A DNA stretch of 64,000 nucleotides, taken from an uncultured delta proteobacterium (GTDB lineage Bacteria; Desulfobacterota; Zymogenia; Zymogenales; Zymogenaceae). Below, in pieces: positions 30,863 to 41,107 of this stretch (position 1 is its first letter; each line of letters starts with the position of its first letter). Both the position numbers and the translations under genes were made by a program. The DNA lies in NCBI GenBank assembly GCA_963735595.1, contig CAVTLK010000005.1, positions 544,001-608,000 on the forward strand, written 5' to 3'. The notes below the pieces were generated by a model. The model searched no databases and had not been told where the DNA came from. It was given only the letters and a program-made list of their open reading frames with translations.

Positions 30863-32548
30863 ATGGTTCAATCCTACGACGTCATCGTTATCGGATCGGG
30901 TTTTGCCGGCCCCGTCGCCGCTATGAAGTGCGCGGAAAACGGACTGAAGACCCTCATGATCGAGCGGTCGGAGAAGGTCGGAGAAAAGGTCATCTCGGGC
31001 CTCACGATTCCCATTTACGGGTTCCTGTTCGGGCCAAAGTTCATCCGGGACGGAAACCCGCCGATCGAACGGCCCGTGGACGGCATCATCAACTATATCG
31101 TCAAAGATATCGACACCGGAGATATAGAGGTCGACGATACCCTCATGATCCCGAAACCCCTCTCACCGATCGTGGCGTTCGGCTACAACGCGTACTGCAT
31201 GCCGTTTTGCGAGTGGGAGGCCAGGAAAGCGGTGGAGGCGGGCGCGGAGCTTCTCACCTCGACCACGGTCACCGACCTGATCGTGGAGGGCGGGATAGTT
31301 GCCGGCGTGGTCATCGAAGGCGGCCGGCGCATCCGGTCGAAGATCATCATAGACGCCGAGGGGTCGCAGGGGCTCGTGGCCGTGCGCGCCGGCGTCCGAA
31401 AAAAGTACCCGCCTGAAACGATCTCGCTTGCCGATACGTACGACTACGAGATGCCCAAGGACGCGGTCGACAGGCTCATGGGCTATTCCATCCGCTTTTC
31501 GTGGGGATGGGACGAGCAGCGGATCGCCCCGCCGCTCGGCCACGGAAACGGGCTCATGGTGTGGCCCTACCGGGAGAGCCTCCATTTCATGCAGGACCAG
31601 TGCCTGAGGCTCGACGAGGGGCGGGTGGTGAATCTCAAGAAGGCCTTCGACGAGTACCACGCCAATGTCACTTCAAAGCTCCCCTGGTGGGCCGACGATA
31701 TCGCCCCCCACATAACGCTGAGGGCCCGGATGTGGGAGGGGTTCGAGATATTCGTTGGCCTTGACGACAAGCTTGCCGCCATGCCGAACCACACCGACGG
31801 GATGATCCTGATCGGGGACGCGGCGGGCCTGGAGAGCACGGAGCTGTGCGACGGGGTGCCGGCGGCCTGGTTTTCCGCAGAAATCGCCGCCGACGTGGCG
31901 ATAAAGGCGGTCAAGAGGGGCGACGTGTCGGCCCGGTTCCTTTCCCGATACGACAGGAAGATACGAAGACACCCGATCATCCAATGGTCCATCAGGGCGA
32001 CCAACAGGTACAACCTCCGAAAGGCTCAAGCCAGCCATGACGAGAACGAGCTCAGGAGATACGTCCACCAGGGGTGGGGCCTGGCCGCGCTCGGGGAGAT
32101 AAGCACCCCGATTTTGCGGGTGGCGCTCGTCGAGATCGTAAAGAACCCGCGGGTTATCGCCAGGTGGCTGGCGATGTTTTTCCGCTACTACCATAACTGG
32201 CATTACGAGCGGTTCGACTACGGCACATCGCGGAACGAGCCGGTCAAGACGGGCCCGAAGAAAACGGGAGACGGGGGGAGCGGATTTGCGTTTGCGTGGG
32301 GGCTCCTGGATTCTTCTCTTTTCATCCTGGGACCGGTTATCAGGTTCCTGGCCCTGCTGTCGATCCTGCCCGTGTGGCTTGCGAACCCCCTGGCGCGGCT
32401 GGTGCTTCCCGTCGTCGAGCCGCTCTATTCGGGGGGCGTACGAATAACGAAGGGCGTGGCGGCGCGCCTGAGCGAGCGTCTTGTCGCCTATACCGTGAAC
32501 GCCGATCCGTCGGTCTTCGGCGGCAGGCCGAAAAAAGGGAGGAACTGA
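30863..32548 (+). CDS. FAD-dependent oxidoreductase (FixC/geranylgeranyl reductase family) with a hydrophobic C-terminus
   Basis: YDVIVIGSGFAG, IDAEG and LIGDAAG motifs. Confidence 0.8.
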   Translation: MVQSYDVIVIGSGFAGPVAAMKCAENGLKTLMIERSEKVGEKVISGLTIPIYGFLFGPKFIRDGNPPIERPVDGIINYIVKDIDTGDIEVDDTLMIPKPLSPIVAFGYNAYCMPFCEWEARKAVEAGAELLTSTTVTDLIVEGGIVAGVVIEGGRRIRSKIIIDAEGSQGLVAVRAGVRKKYPPETISLADTYDYEMPKDAVDRLMGYSIRFSWGWDEQRIAPPLGHGNGLMVWPYRESLHFMQDQCLRLDEGRVVNLKKAFDEYHANVTSKLPWWADDIAPHITLRARMWEGFEIFVGLDDKLAAMPNHTDGMILIGDAAGLESTELCDGVPAAWFSAEIAADVAIKAVKRGDVSARFLSRYDRKIRRHPIIQWSIRATNRYNLRKAQASHDENELRRYVHQGWGLAALGEISTPILRVALVEIVKNPRVIARWLAMFFRYYHNWHYERFDYGTSRNEPVKTGPKKTGDGGSGFAFAWGLLDSSLFILGPVIRFLALLSILPVWLANPLARLVLPVVEPLYSGGVRITKGVAARLSERLVAYTVNADPSVFGGRPKKGRN

Positions 32549-32549
32549 T

Positions 32550-32819
32550 ATGACAACGACGTCACAGAGATTCCCGGGAGTCGAGTGGGTAAAGGCGGCG
32601 GCCGACTTCGTCTCGGTCGACGATGAGAGGTGCAACGGGTGCGGCGACTGTATGAAGGTCTGCCTGGCCGGATGCTTTACCGTCGAAAACAAAAAGGCCC
32701 GGGTGAGGAGCCTCGACGAGTGTATGGAGTGCGGCTCCTGCTGGTACATCTGCGACCGCGAGGCTGTCCGCTTCTCGTGGCCGGAGGGGGGAAAGGGCTT
32801 CAGGACGAGGTTCGGGTAG
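32550..32819 (+). CDS. FixX-like 2[4Fe-4S] ferredoxin
   Basis: CNGCGDCMKVC and CMECGSCWYIC; FSWPEGGKG. Confidence 0.88.
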   Translation: MTTTSQRFPGVEWVKAAADFVSVDDERCNGCGDCMKVCLAGCFTVENKKARVRSLDECMECGSCWYICDREAVRFSWPEGGKGFRTRFG

Positions 32820-33078
32820 GGGGATATAGGAACATGCACTAAATTCGTTTCTTCGGTCAAGGACTTCGTCGACTCGGTGAGCGAAGTATAGGACCGCTCT
32901 TCCTCAACCGCGATCTCAAATCCTTTTTCCGCGTTTGTCCTGAATAGTCTCACCTTTGTCTTTTTCGACCGAATTCTTAGCTAAAATTTTTTTATTGACT
33001 TTCCAAATGGAAAGCCGTATAAATTAAATTAAATGAAGCTCTCCATCAACAAAATACTGTTTCTTCGGAGGGTATCGC

Positions 33079-34335
33079 ATGAATAAGACTTATTTTGATG
33101 CACACTGCCATATCTTTACCCTGCGGTTTGGATTGAAAGAGGCCAGGAATATGGTTCACGACATGCTCGACGGAACCTATCCATGGCATCCGCCCCTCGC
33201 CGCAACAGAGCTGACTAAGTCCGAGCGGTCGGGCATTAAAGGCTTTTTGAGACAATTCTATGAGCTAATATCGGCGTCATTCGGCTCGGAAGAAGAAAAC
33301 CTTGACTTTCTTCAGAAGGAATCCTCAAAGGCCATGCTCGGTACCGAATGGCGCATAGCGCCGCTCATGATGGATATTTTTTACATTTTCGCTTATCCAT
33401 TAGGTAAAGGGCAAACGGCTGAGCAAAAAAGGGGGATAACTACGGGACCTATTGAAAAAGCCGAGTTTCAAGAGGCCTGGGACGAAATCCTTGACGATCT
33501 CACAGATCATATATCATCGAAAGTGCGCGGCGCTGGATTGGCGAAAGGTAATGAGCTTACTATTTCCCTTGATGCGATAGACGCTGAAAGAGATGTAGGA
33601 GGGACCGTAAGGTTTAGGACCGGTTTAGTTAGGGCAGAAGGGTTTTATAAAACGGAAGGTTATTGCTTTCACTTGAACAACCTGGTAAATCTGGTTGAAC
33701 GACGTAAGGGCGAGTTATACCCCTTTATTGCGGTTGATCCGCGCAGGCCGGGCATAATCGAAGAAATCGTCGGTGGGAACTATATCGACAATAAGGGCCC
33801 ATTTTACGGGGTAAAGCTTTACCCGCGCTTGGGCTATCATCCGCAATCTGCGCCGATGGATGCGTTGTATCGTTACTGTAACGACCGGAAAATTCCCGTC
33901 ACCTTCCACTGCGGAAAAAGCGGCTTTCCCCCGGGTAACGAATGGAAATATGCCGACTTTGGAAATCCCCTGAACTTTGAACCTATTATCCAACAATATC
34001 CGGCCCTGAAGATTAATTTTGCCCATCTCGGGAGTTCGGATCCAACCCATGACTGGGCAAACGCCATTATTGGCCTGATGAATAACTATGAAAACGTCTA
34101 TTCCGATCTGTCCTGCTACACCGGTAGAGATGACCTGCAGGCAGCAAAGAAGCTCTGGGATGATAACCCTATACTAAGGTCGCGGCTCATGTTCGGCTCC
34201 GATTTTGACGTGATGTATTTCACGGACGAGATAACGATGGCATCCTATTTTGCCAACTTTAAAAATATCTTTTCGGCAGGTGATCTGAAGCTCCTGATGA
34301 ACGATAACCCGATAACGTTTTTTGGACCGCATTAG
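33079..34335 (+). CDS. Amidohydrolase_2-family metallohydrolase, lower GC
   Basis: FDAHCH, PFIAVDPRR, GVKLYPRLG, FAHLG and MFGSDF motifs. Confidence 0.85.
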   Translation: MNKTYFDAHCHIFTLRFGLKEARNMVHDMLDGTYPWHPPLAATELTKSERSGIKGFLRQFYELISASFGSEEENLDFLQKESSKAMLGTEWRIAPLMMDIFYIFAYPLGKGQTAEQKRGITTGPIEKAEFQEAWDEILDDLTDHISSKVRGAGLAKGNELTISLDAIDAERDVGGTVRFRTGLVRAEGFYKTEGYCFHLNNLVNLVERRKGELYPFIAVDPRRPGIIEEIVGGNYIDNKGPFYGVKLYPRLGYHPQSAPMDALYRYCNDRKIPVTFHCGKSGFPPGNEWKYADFGNPLNFEPIIQQYPALKINFAHLGSSDPTHDWANAIIGLMNNYENVYSDLSCYTGRDDLQAAKKLWDDNPILRSRLMFGSDFDVMYFTDEITMASYFANFKNIFSAGDLKLLMNDNPITFFGPH

Positions 34336-34470
34336 TCCCGTCGTCAGGCAGCGGAAAGAAAAAGAGCGGTGTTTCGTCTTAGTTTGAGGTTTCATACGGG
34401 CAACCTAAACGCCACCTCATTCGGCAAGCTGCATGGGGGGCCCCGACAGGAGACGTCCGTGCCACCCAGC

Positions 34471-34486
34471 CGAGGTTCGGGTAGGG
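34471..34486 (+). repeat. 16-bp direct repeat of the ferredoxin 3' end (copy A at 32806-32821)
   Basis: CGAGGTTCGGGTAGGG at both positions; includes the TAG stop. Confidence 0.75.
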
Positions 34487-34581
34487 CGGCCGACTACCGA
34501 TTCCGGGGCCTTTTACCGGCCCGTAAGGGCCGATAATCCACGATAATTCGTCTTATTACCGAGGCCGCTCTCATTATTTCC

Positions 34582-34819
34582 TTGACATTTGATAAAAATC
34601 CGTATAAAATTAGTTAAAATCAGGATATGGATTCTGATTTGTGTGCTGCCGGAGAGGGGGTCTGACTACCTTCTTTGAGGTGATCAGCGAACTTTCAGGC
34701 GGCTTTTTTATTTTTTCATTCTCGTGTGTAATGATGTTTTCTGTTAAGAGGTCCTGTTTCTTTTCTCCCTTTAACCTCCTCAGACGACTATTGTTAGCAG
34801 GAGAGAAAAGGAGTTGAAG
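34582..34819 (+). promoter_or_regulatory. Promoter and conserved structured 5' leader of RRM gene 2
   Basis: TTGACA-17-TAAAAT; leader homologous to 26474-26652. Confidence 0.75.
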
Positions 34820-35104
34820 ATGCAGGAAAACAAGTTATTTGTCGGAAACCTTACCTATTCGGTTACTTCCGAGGATCTCACCGGGCTCTTTGCCAACCAC
34901 GGATCGGTCGTAGAGGCCAAGGTCATCGAGGGCAAGGGCTTCGGGTTCGTCGAGATGTCCACCAAGGAAGAGGCCGATGCGGCCAAGGAGGCCCTGAACG
35001 GCTCCGACTTTTCCGGACGGTCACTGAACGTGGATACGGCTAAGCCGCCCAAGAGCAGGGACGACCGTGGCGGAAGCGGCGGCGGATACCGTAGCAGGTA
35101 CTAA
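34820..35104 (+). CDS. RRM RNA-binding protein (copy 2)
   Basis: Close paralog of 26653..26949. Confidence 0.95.
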   Translation: MQENKLFVGNLTYSVTSEDLTGLFANHGSVVEAKVIEGKGFGFVEMSTKEEADAAKEALNGSDFSGRSLNVDTAKPPKSRDDRGGSGGGYRSRY

Positions 35105-35127
35105 TCCGATAGTCGATTCCGACTGAG

Positions 35128-35158
35128 AAAAGGGGGGGAATATTCCCTCCCTTTTTTT
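35128..35158 (+). terminator. Intrinsic terminator homologous to 26968
   Basis: AAAAGGGGGGGAA-TA-TTCCCTCCCTTTTTTT. Confidence 0.8.
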
Positions 35159-35174
35159 ATTGGACGCGGACACG

Positions 35175-35256
35175 GAATTACGGGGACACGTACCTAATTC
35201 ATTTCTGAAAGTATTATATACATAACCAGAAAATTAGGTACGCGTCCCCGTAATTC
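35175..35256. repeat. GAATTACGGGGACA-type palindromic element
   Basis: GAATTACGGGGACACGTACCTAATT...AATTAGGTACGCGTCCCCGTAATTC. Confidence 0.8.
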
Positions 35257-35268
35257 TCCGTAATTCGA

Positions 35269-36354
35269 TTAATCGAGCTTCAGTTCGATCCCCCGGTTCT
35301 GCGCCCGCTGGTAGAGCCAGACCAGGATATTCTCGGGCGGCTTCTCGCACTCGGCGTCGGGCCGTTGTACGAGCGTGATCGATCCTGCCGGGCAGGCCGT
35401 CGCGCACAGGCCGCACCCGATGCAGCGCTCCGCGGCCACGCGATAGGCGCCGTTATCTTCGTCGATTGCCCCCACCGGGCAGCGCTCCTCGGCGCAGATC
35501 CCGCAGCCGGAGCAGGCGGCCGGGTCTATGTGTGCGACATAGTCGCTGCGCGCCAGCAGGTGCGGCGCGCCGAGCTCTCGGATCCCCCGCAACAGGCCGC
35601 AGCAGCACGGGCAGCAGTTACAGAGCCCGAAGTGGCCCGTCTGGGTGTTGTAGAAGGCGCTGTGGACGAGCCCCCGCCGCTCGGCGTCTTCAAGGATGGA
35701 AAACGCCTCCTCTTTACTGATGTCGCGCCCCCCCAGCGAGAAATCCCCCGGTGAGCTCGGCCTGGCCGAAAAGGAGAGGCAGACCTCGATCGGCTGGTCA
35801 CACTCGTGGCCGGTCAGCTGCCGTTCCTTACGGCAGATGCACTCGTGGATGTGGAATGACTGTGCGTCGGCGATCATCTTCTTGACGTCTTCGTAGGCGA
35901 ATACCTCGCCCCGCTTGTCGATAGGCGCGTTGACGGGAACCACGCGGGCCAGGGCCGGGGCGAAGCTGCCGATTGTGCGCTGCAGCGTGGGCCAGTACCG
36001 CTCGCAGAGCGCCGCAAGCTCCGCGTCGATGCGGTACATCTGGAACTCGTATATCCCCACGACAAAGGGCATCAGCAGGTAAAACCGCCGCCCCTCCCAG
36101 CTGATACAGCCGATCTGGCCCTTTTCGGCCATGGAATCAAGGGTCGCCCCCACGTCCGTTACGGGCCTCCCGAGGCGGCCGGCTATGGTCTCGGCGTCCT
36201 CCGGAATGGCCTTGAGCAGGAGTGCGGTCTCGGCGTCTTCGGGCGAAAATATCTTCTCGAGGATCTTGATTTCCACGCCGTCGTCGGCGGGCGGAAAGCC
36301 GTTTGGCAGATCGTCGAGGCGCTTTGCCAGGCGCCGGTATACGTTGTCGGTCAT
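35269..36354 (-). CDS. 4Fe-4S dicluster protein
   Basis: [21 protein letters not shown] and [12 protein letters not shown] motifs. Confidence 0.88.
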   Translation of the reverse strand: MTDNVYRRLAKRLDDLPNGFPPADDGVEIKILEKIFSPEDAETALLLKAIPEDAETIAGRLGRPVTDVGATLDSMAEKGQIGCISWEGRRFYLLMPFVVGIYEFQMYRIDAELAALCERYWPTLQRTIGSFAPALARVVPVNAPIDKRGEVFAYEDVKKMIADAQSFHIHECICRKERQLTGHECDQPIEVCLSFSARPSSPGDFSLGGRDISKEEAFSILEDAERRGLVHSAFYNTQTGHFGLCNCCPCCCGLLRGIRELGAPHLLARSDYVAHIDPAACSGCGICAEERCPVGAIDEDNGAYRVAAERCIGCGLCATACPAGSITLVQRPDAECEKPPENILVWLYQRAQNRGIELKLD

Positions 36355-36659
36355 GGTTTCCTGTCTATCATAGTGTATAAACGAATAATTCGCCGCGGCA
36401 TACGGACGGACTATTCCAGAGACACATGGTAATGCCCGGCGTACGAAAAGTCAACGCTAATAACTCGCATGCTGATCCGTATTCTACAGACTAACCCTTT
36501 ATGCGGCAAATTAGTAAGGGAGGCTCGTTTTCCGCGCCGGCCTGCTGACCGCGTTCAGTTAAGCCGGTGAGGGTTAAAGCGAAGGCGCGCCACCGCTCCG
36601 TTTGCGTTTCCGGGTATCTTATGATACGGTAGATAAAAAACGAAAGGAAGGAACATTCC

Positions 36660-37487
36660 GTGGGACGGGACCTCAAGGCCGAAAACCTGGCGATCTCGGT
36701 GCCGAACGCCGGGTGTGACAAGAACTGCCCCTACTGCGTCTCGCGCATGACCGGCTACGTCACCAACGACTACCCGAGGATGCTGCGCAACGTCAATAAG
36801 GTTATCCACGTCGCCCGGGCCGCCGAGGTCACGTCGGTCCTCTTTACCGGCAAGGGGGAGCCGACGCTGGTCTATCGGGAGCTTATCGAGTTGGCCGGCC
36901 TCTTCAACTTCTGGCCCCTGGAGCTTCAGACCAACGGGATAGGGCTGTCGGACGGCGACGATTCGCTGCTATCGGGGCTTTACGACGCGGGGTTTGACGT
37001 GGTCGCCGTATCCATCGACAACAGGAAAGAGCTCGACGCCTACCGTGAGCTCTTTTCGCGGATCGGGCGAGCCGGGCTGATCTCTCGCATCACCGTCAAT
37101 ATCACCGACCTCCTGGGCGAAATTACCTTTTCGGAGCTTCTGACCTACTGCCGGACAAACAGGATCTCCCAGCTCACGCTCAGGCGGATCGTTACCCCCG
37201 AAGACCCGAAGGACGCCCGGACGGCGGATTGGATCGCGCGTCACGCCCACGACAGTGACTATCGCTCGCTCATGGAGCAGGCGCGGTTATTCGTATCCGA
37301 GCACGGGAAACTTATCCGCACGCTCAACCACGGGGTGGAGGTCTACGACTGCGGCGGCGTCTCGTTCTCCTACAGCGATTACTGTATCCAGGAGCATAAC
37401 CTCGGAGACAACGTCCGCTCCCTGGTTTTCCTCGAGGACGGCCACCTCTACACCTCATGGAACTCCCCGGCGTCTATCCTCTTTTAG
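36660..37487 (+). CDS. Radical SAM protein without a SPASM domain
   Basis: CDKNCPYC, TGKGEPT and LQTNG motifs. Confidence 0.88.
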   Translation: MGRDLKAENLAISVPNAGCDKNCPYCVSRMTGYVTNDYPRMLRNVNKVIHVARAAEVTSVLFTGKGEPTLVYRELIELAGLFNFWPLELQTNGIGLSDGDDSLLSGLYDAGFDVVAVSIDNRKELDAYRELFSRIGRAGLISRITVNITDLLGEITFSELLTYCRTNRISQLTLRRIVTPEDPKDARTADWIARHAHDSDYRSLMEQARLFVSEHGKLIRTLNHGVEVYDCGGVSFSYSDYCIQEHNLGDNVRSLVFLEDGHLYTSWNSPASILF

Positions 37488-37573
37488 CAGGCGCCGCATC
37501 GTCTTCTTTTCTTGACAACAGATTTTAGTCCTGATATAGTATCCCGCATTTTATTTTAGGGACGGTAGGTGTC

Positions 37574-38347
37574 ATGATACGATCCATCCGGCGCGGCGTG
37601 ATAGCGGTCATACCCTTTTCCGGCGTACTGACGATGAAGTCGGTGGCGTCGGTCGTGGAGCTGATCGAGTATGCCGAAAAGGCGCGGCGGATCAGGGGAG
37701 TGCTGCTGAACCTCTCCAGCCAGGGGGGATCGGTCACCGCAACCGAGGTCCTGGTCATGGCGCTCAGGCGCCTCAAGGAACAAAAGCCCCTGTTTGTCTG
37801 GACGACCATGGCCGCTTCCGGCGGCTACTACGCTGCGGCCGTCGCCGACCGGATCGTGGCGGTGCCGTCGGCCGTAATCGGCAGTATCGGCGTGATCTTC
37901 CTCAAGCCCGACATCTCCGGGGTCATGAACCGCATCGGGGTCAAGGTCGAGGTCCTCAAAGAGGGCGCCCTTAAAGACGACACGCTTTTGACCAAGAAGA
38001 TGACGCCCGCGGGCAGAAAGAAGATCGAGGCCATCAACCGGGAAGTGTATAACGACTTTGTGAGCGCGGTGGCGCAGGGCAGGAAGCTGCCCGAAAAAGC
38101 AGTGAGAAAGGTCGCCACCGGCGAGATATTCACCGCCCGGCGCGGTAAAGAGCTGGGCCTGGTGGACGAGCTCGGGGATCTGAGGGCGGCGACCGACGCC
38201 CTGGCAAAAGAGGTCGGCGTAAAACCGCACCGGGTTATCCAGATGCAGGTCAGGAGGCCGTGGCTCTATTCGCTTTTTGACCGGGGCGTGCGGGCGGCGG
38301 CGGCCGACGTGATGGGCGAGCTGTTCGGGCCGGGGCTCTACTACTGA
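37574..38347 (+). CDS. sppA: Signal peptide peptidase SppA (S49)
   Basis: S.GGSV, AASGGYY, GSIGV and LGLVDELG motifs. Confidence 0.88.
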   Translation: MIRSIRRGVIAVIPFSGVLTMKSVASVVELIEYAEKARRIRGVLLNLSSQGGSVTATEVLVMALRRLKEQKPLFVWTTMAASGGYYAAAVADRIVAVPSAVIGSIGVIFLKPDISGVMNRIGVKVEVLKEGALKDDTLLTKKMTPAGRKKIEAINREVYNDFVSAVAQGRKLPEKAVRKVATGEIFTARRGKELGLVDELGDLRAATDALAKEVGVKPHRVIQMQVRRPWLYSLFDRGVRAAAADVMGELFGPGLYY

Positions 38348-38425
38348 CGAGAGGCTTCCGCCTACGCCCTGACCCCGGCCCTTTCGCGTCCGGTATCCGA
38401 ATACATATAATAATACGATGGTGAC

Positions 38426-39315
38426 ATGACCATGCATGAGATAGAAAAGAAGCTTATAAGCGACATCCTGCTGTTTGACGGTGCCATGGGAACGATGCTC
38501 ATGGAACGGGGGATCAAGGCCGGAGAGACCGCCGAGACCTGGGTGCTGGACCACCCCGACGAGATCGAGGCCGTCCACGGGCCTACTTTGCCGCCGGGGC
38601 CGATGTTGCGACAACGGCGACCTTCGGCGCCACGTCGCTGAAACTTGCGCACTATAAGCTTTCCGACCGGGCCGCCGAGATCAACCGGAAGGGCGCCGAG
38701 CTCGCCAGGAAGGCCTGCCCCGCGGGCAGGTTCGTCGCCGGGGACATCGGCCCCACCGGAAAGCTGTTCAAACCCGCCGGCGACGCCGACGAGGCCGAAT
38801 TGGCCCTGTGTTCGCCGAGCAGGCCAAGGCGCTGGCCGAGGGCGGGGTGGACTTCCTGATAATCGAGACGATGATGGACGTGAACGAGGCGCTCATCGCG
38901 CTCTCGGCGGCGCAGGTCGACGGGGCTTCCCGTCTTTGCGACGATCTCGTTTGCAAGAAGCCCCGCGGTTACTTTACGATCATGGGCAACAAACCCGCGG
39001 ACGCCGCGCGCGCGCTGGTCGACGGCCGGGGCCGCGGCGGTGGGGACAAACTGCTCGCTTCGCATCGGTGACATGATCGATGTGGTGGCCGAGATGGCAG
39101 GCGCAATCGATATCCCTATCATCGCCCAGCCCAACGCGGGCAATCCCGAGACGGAGGGCGGCGTAACGACCTATATCGACGGGCCGGAGGTCTACGCCGA
39201 ATGACGCCGGAACTGATCGGCGCCGGTGCGCGGGTCGTCGGCGGGTGCTGCGGCACGACGCCCGGAGACGATCCGGCGGATGCGGGAGGTCATCGACACC
39301 CTGCCGCCTTCGTGA
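38426..39315 (+). CDS. Homocysteine S-methyltransferase domain protein (MetH N-terminal-like); several frameshifts
   Basis: FDGAMGT, AGDIGPTG, GVDFLIIETM, GTNC, QPNAG and VGGCCGT motifs are spread over different frames. Confidence 0.8.
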
Positions 39316-39394
39316 GGGCGGCCCATTCGATTAAGACGATACTTCGGAACGGATAGCAACGGTCACCTAAACCACACTCAGGAGGTTACTATCT

Positions 39395-40899
39395 ATGGCG
39401 GGAAAAGACATTTTCAGAAACCCCATCGACGCGAATCACATCCTCAAGGGGCTGTCGACGGACGAGCTGCGTAATCTGGCCAAGAAGGACGAGCGTACCA
39501 CGAAACACGGCAGCGCCGCATACATCAGCGTCGTCAGGAACCGTTCTGCCAAGTTCACCGAGGTCGTCTTCGGCGACCCAACGCCCGAGCAGGAAAAGAT
39601 CCTCAAGGACGTCCAGGAATACCTCACGTGGAAGACGATGATCCAGGTGGATCGGGACATGTGCATCAACCCCGACCACGTGATTTTCTGCCGGCTCCTG
39701 ATCACCGAGGAATACGCCCGCATTGCGTACATGTGGAACGAGACGCTGTTTGAGCCGAAAAATCCGAACCGCGAGCCCGACCAGACTATCGATATACGTT
39801 CCCGAGTGGCGGGAGCGCAAGGTCCTCGTCCAACCCGACCTCGGGCGTCACCTATGTCCTCGGGCACCGACTACCTGGGCGAGAACAAGAAGGCCCACCT
39901 GAGGATGGGGATGTACCGGGCCAAGAAGAAGGGGGGGCTGGGCCTGCACGCCGGCAGCAAGATCATCAACGTCAAGACCAAGGACGGCAAGCTCGTCAGC
40001 AAGGGGGCCATCCTCTTCGGGCTGTCGGGCACGGGCAAGACGTCGCTCTCGTGCCATAACCACGGGCTTACCGGTGACGAGGGGATCGTCATCCGCCAGG
40101 ACGACGTCATCTTCATGCTGCCGGACATGTACTGCGTGGGCACCGAACGCAACTATTATATCAAGACCGAGGGCCTGGAGCCGAAGGGCCAGCCGCTGCT
40201 TTTCGCCGCCGCGACCAGCAAGCGCGCCATCCTCGAGAACATCTGGGTCGACCGCGACGGCGCGATCGACTTCTTTGACTACAAGATCACCAGCAACGGC
40301 CGGTGCGTCGTCTACCGGGAGGACGTGGGTTATCACCGACAAGGACATCGACCTGCCCAGGGCCGATATCATCATCTTCATCACCCGGCGAAACGACATC
40401 GTCCCGCCCGTCGTGCGCCTGAGCCCGGAGCAGGGCGCGGCCTTCTTCATGCTCGGGGAATCCATCGAGACGTCGGCCGGCGACCCCACCCAGGCGGGCA
40501 AATCCAAGCGCGTCGTGGGGACAAACCCGTTCATCGTCGGCGACGAGGCCGAAGAGGGAAATATCTTCCTGAAGTTCCTGCGAAATAATCCGGACTGCGA
40601 GTGCTTCCTCATGAACACCGGGCGCGTCGGCGGGGCCGACGGCGAGAAGATCACCGTTCACCGACTCCGCGGCGATCATGCGCGAGATCGCCCGGGGCGA
40701 GATCGAGTGGGAAAAAGACCCGCACTGGGGCTACGAGGTGGCCACGTCGGTGCCCGGTATTGATATTAAACGCTTCGACCCGCACCGCTTCTACGACGAC
40801 AAAGAGTACCGCCGCCTCACCGAGGTGCTCAGGAAGGAGCGGGAGGCGTGGCTGGCCAAGTTCGAAAGCCTGGACCCCGATATCCTGTCGGCGATATAG
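39395..40899 (+). CDS. pckA: Phosphoenolpyruvate carboxykinase (ATP); several frameshifts
   Basis: YLGENKK, LHAGSK, FGLSGTGKT, QDD, YIKT, NPF and LMNTG motifs across ORFs 39395, 40074 and 40678. Confidence 0.85.
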
Positions 40900-41107
40900 G
40901 GATCCGATCATAATGAGTGACACCGCGGGGGGCCGATGCCCCCCGTTTTTTTAGACTCTGCGTATCCAACGGCCCCGGAAACTCAGCGGGTCCAAGACAA
41001 CGGCTTGATTGCGACGACGCCGTATTTAGGTATGTCCTTTATGAAACCTATGGATTATAATTAATCATTGTATCGTTTCAATTCCATGACACATATCTGG
41101 TGGTCCG

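Noticed and set aside
36660..37487. Radical SAM gene as the maturase of the Tyr-repeat peptide
   Set aside because: It is 27 kb away, only 275 aa, and has no SPASM/twitch Cys cluster or RRE. Nothing links the two genes.
39201..39203. TGA in the Hcy methyltransferase as a second Sec codon
   Set aside because: Not at a Cys position, no SECIS seen, and the protein continues in another frame, consistent with an indel.
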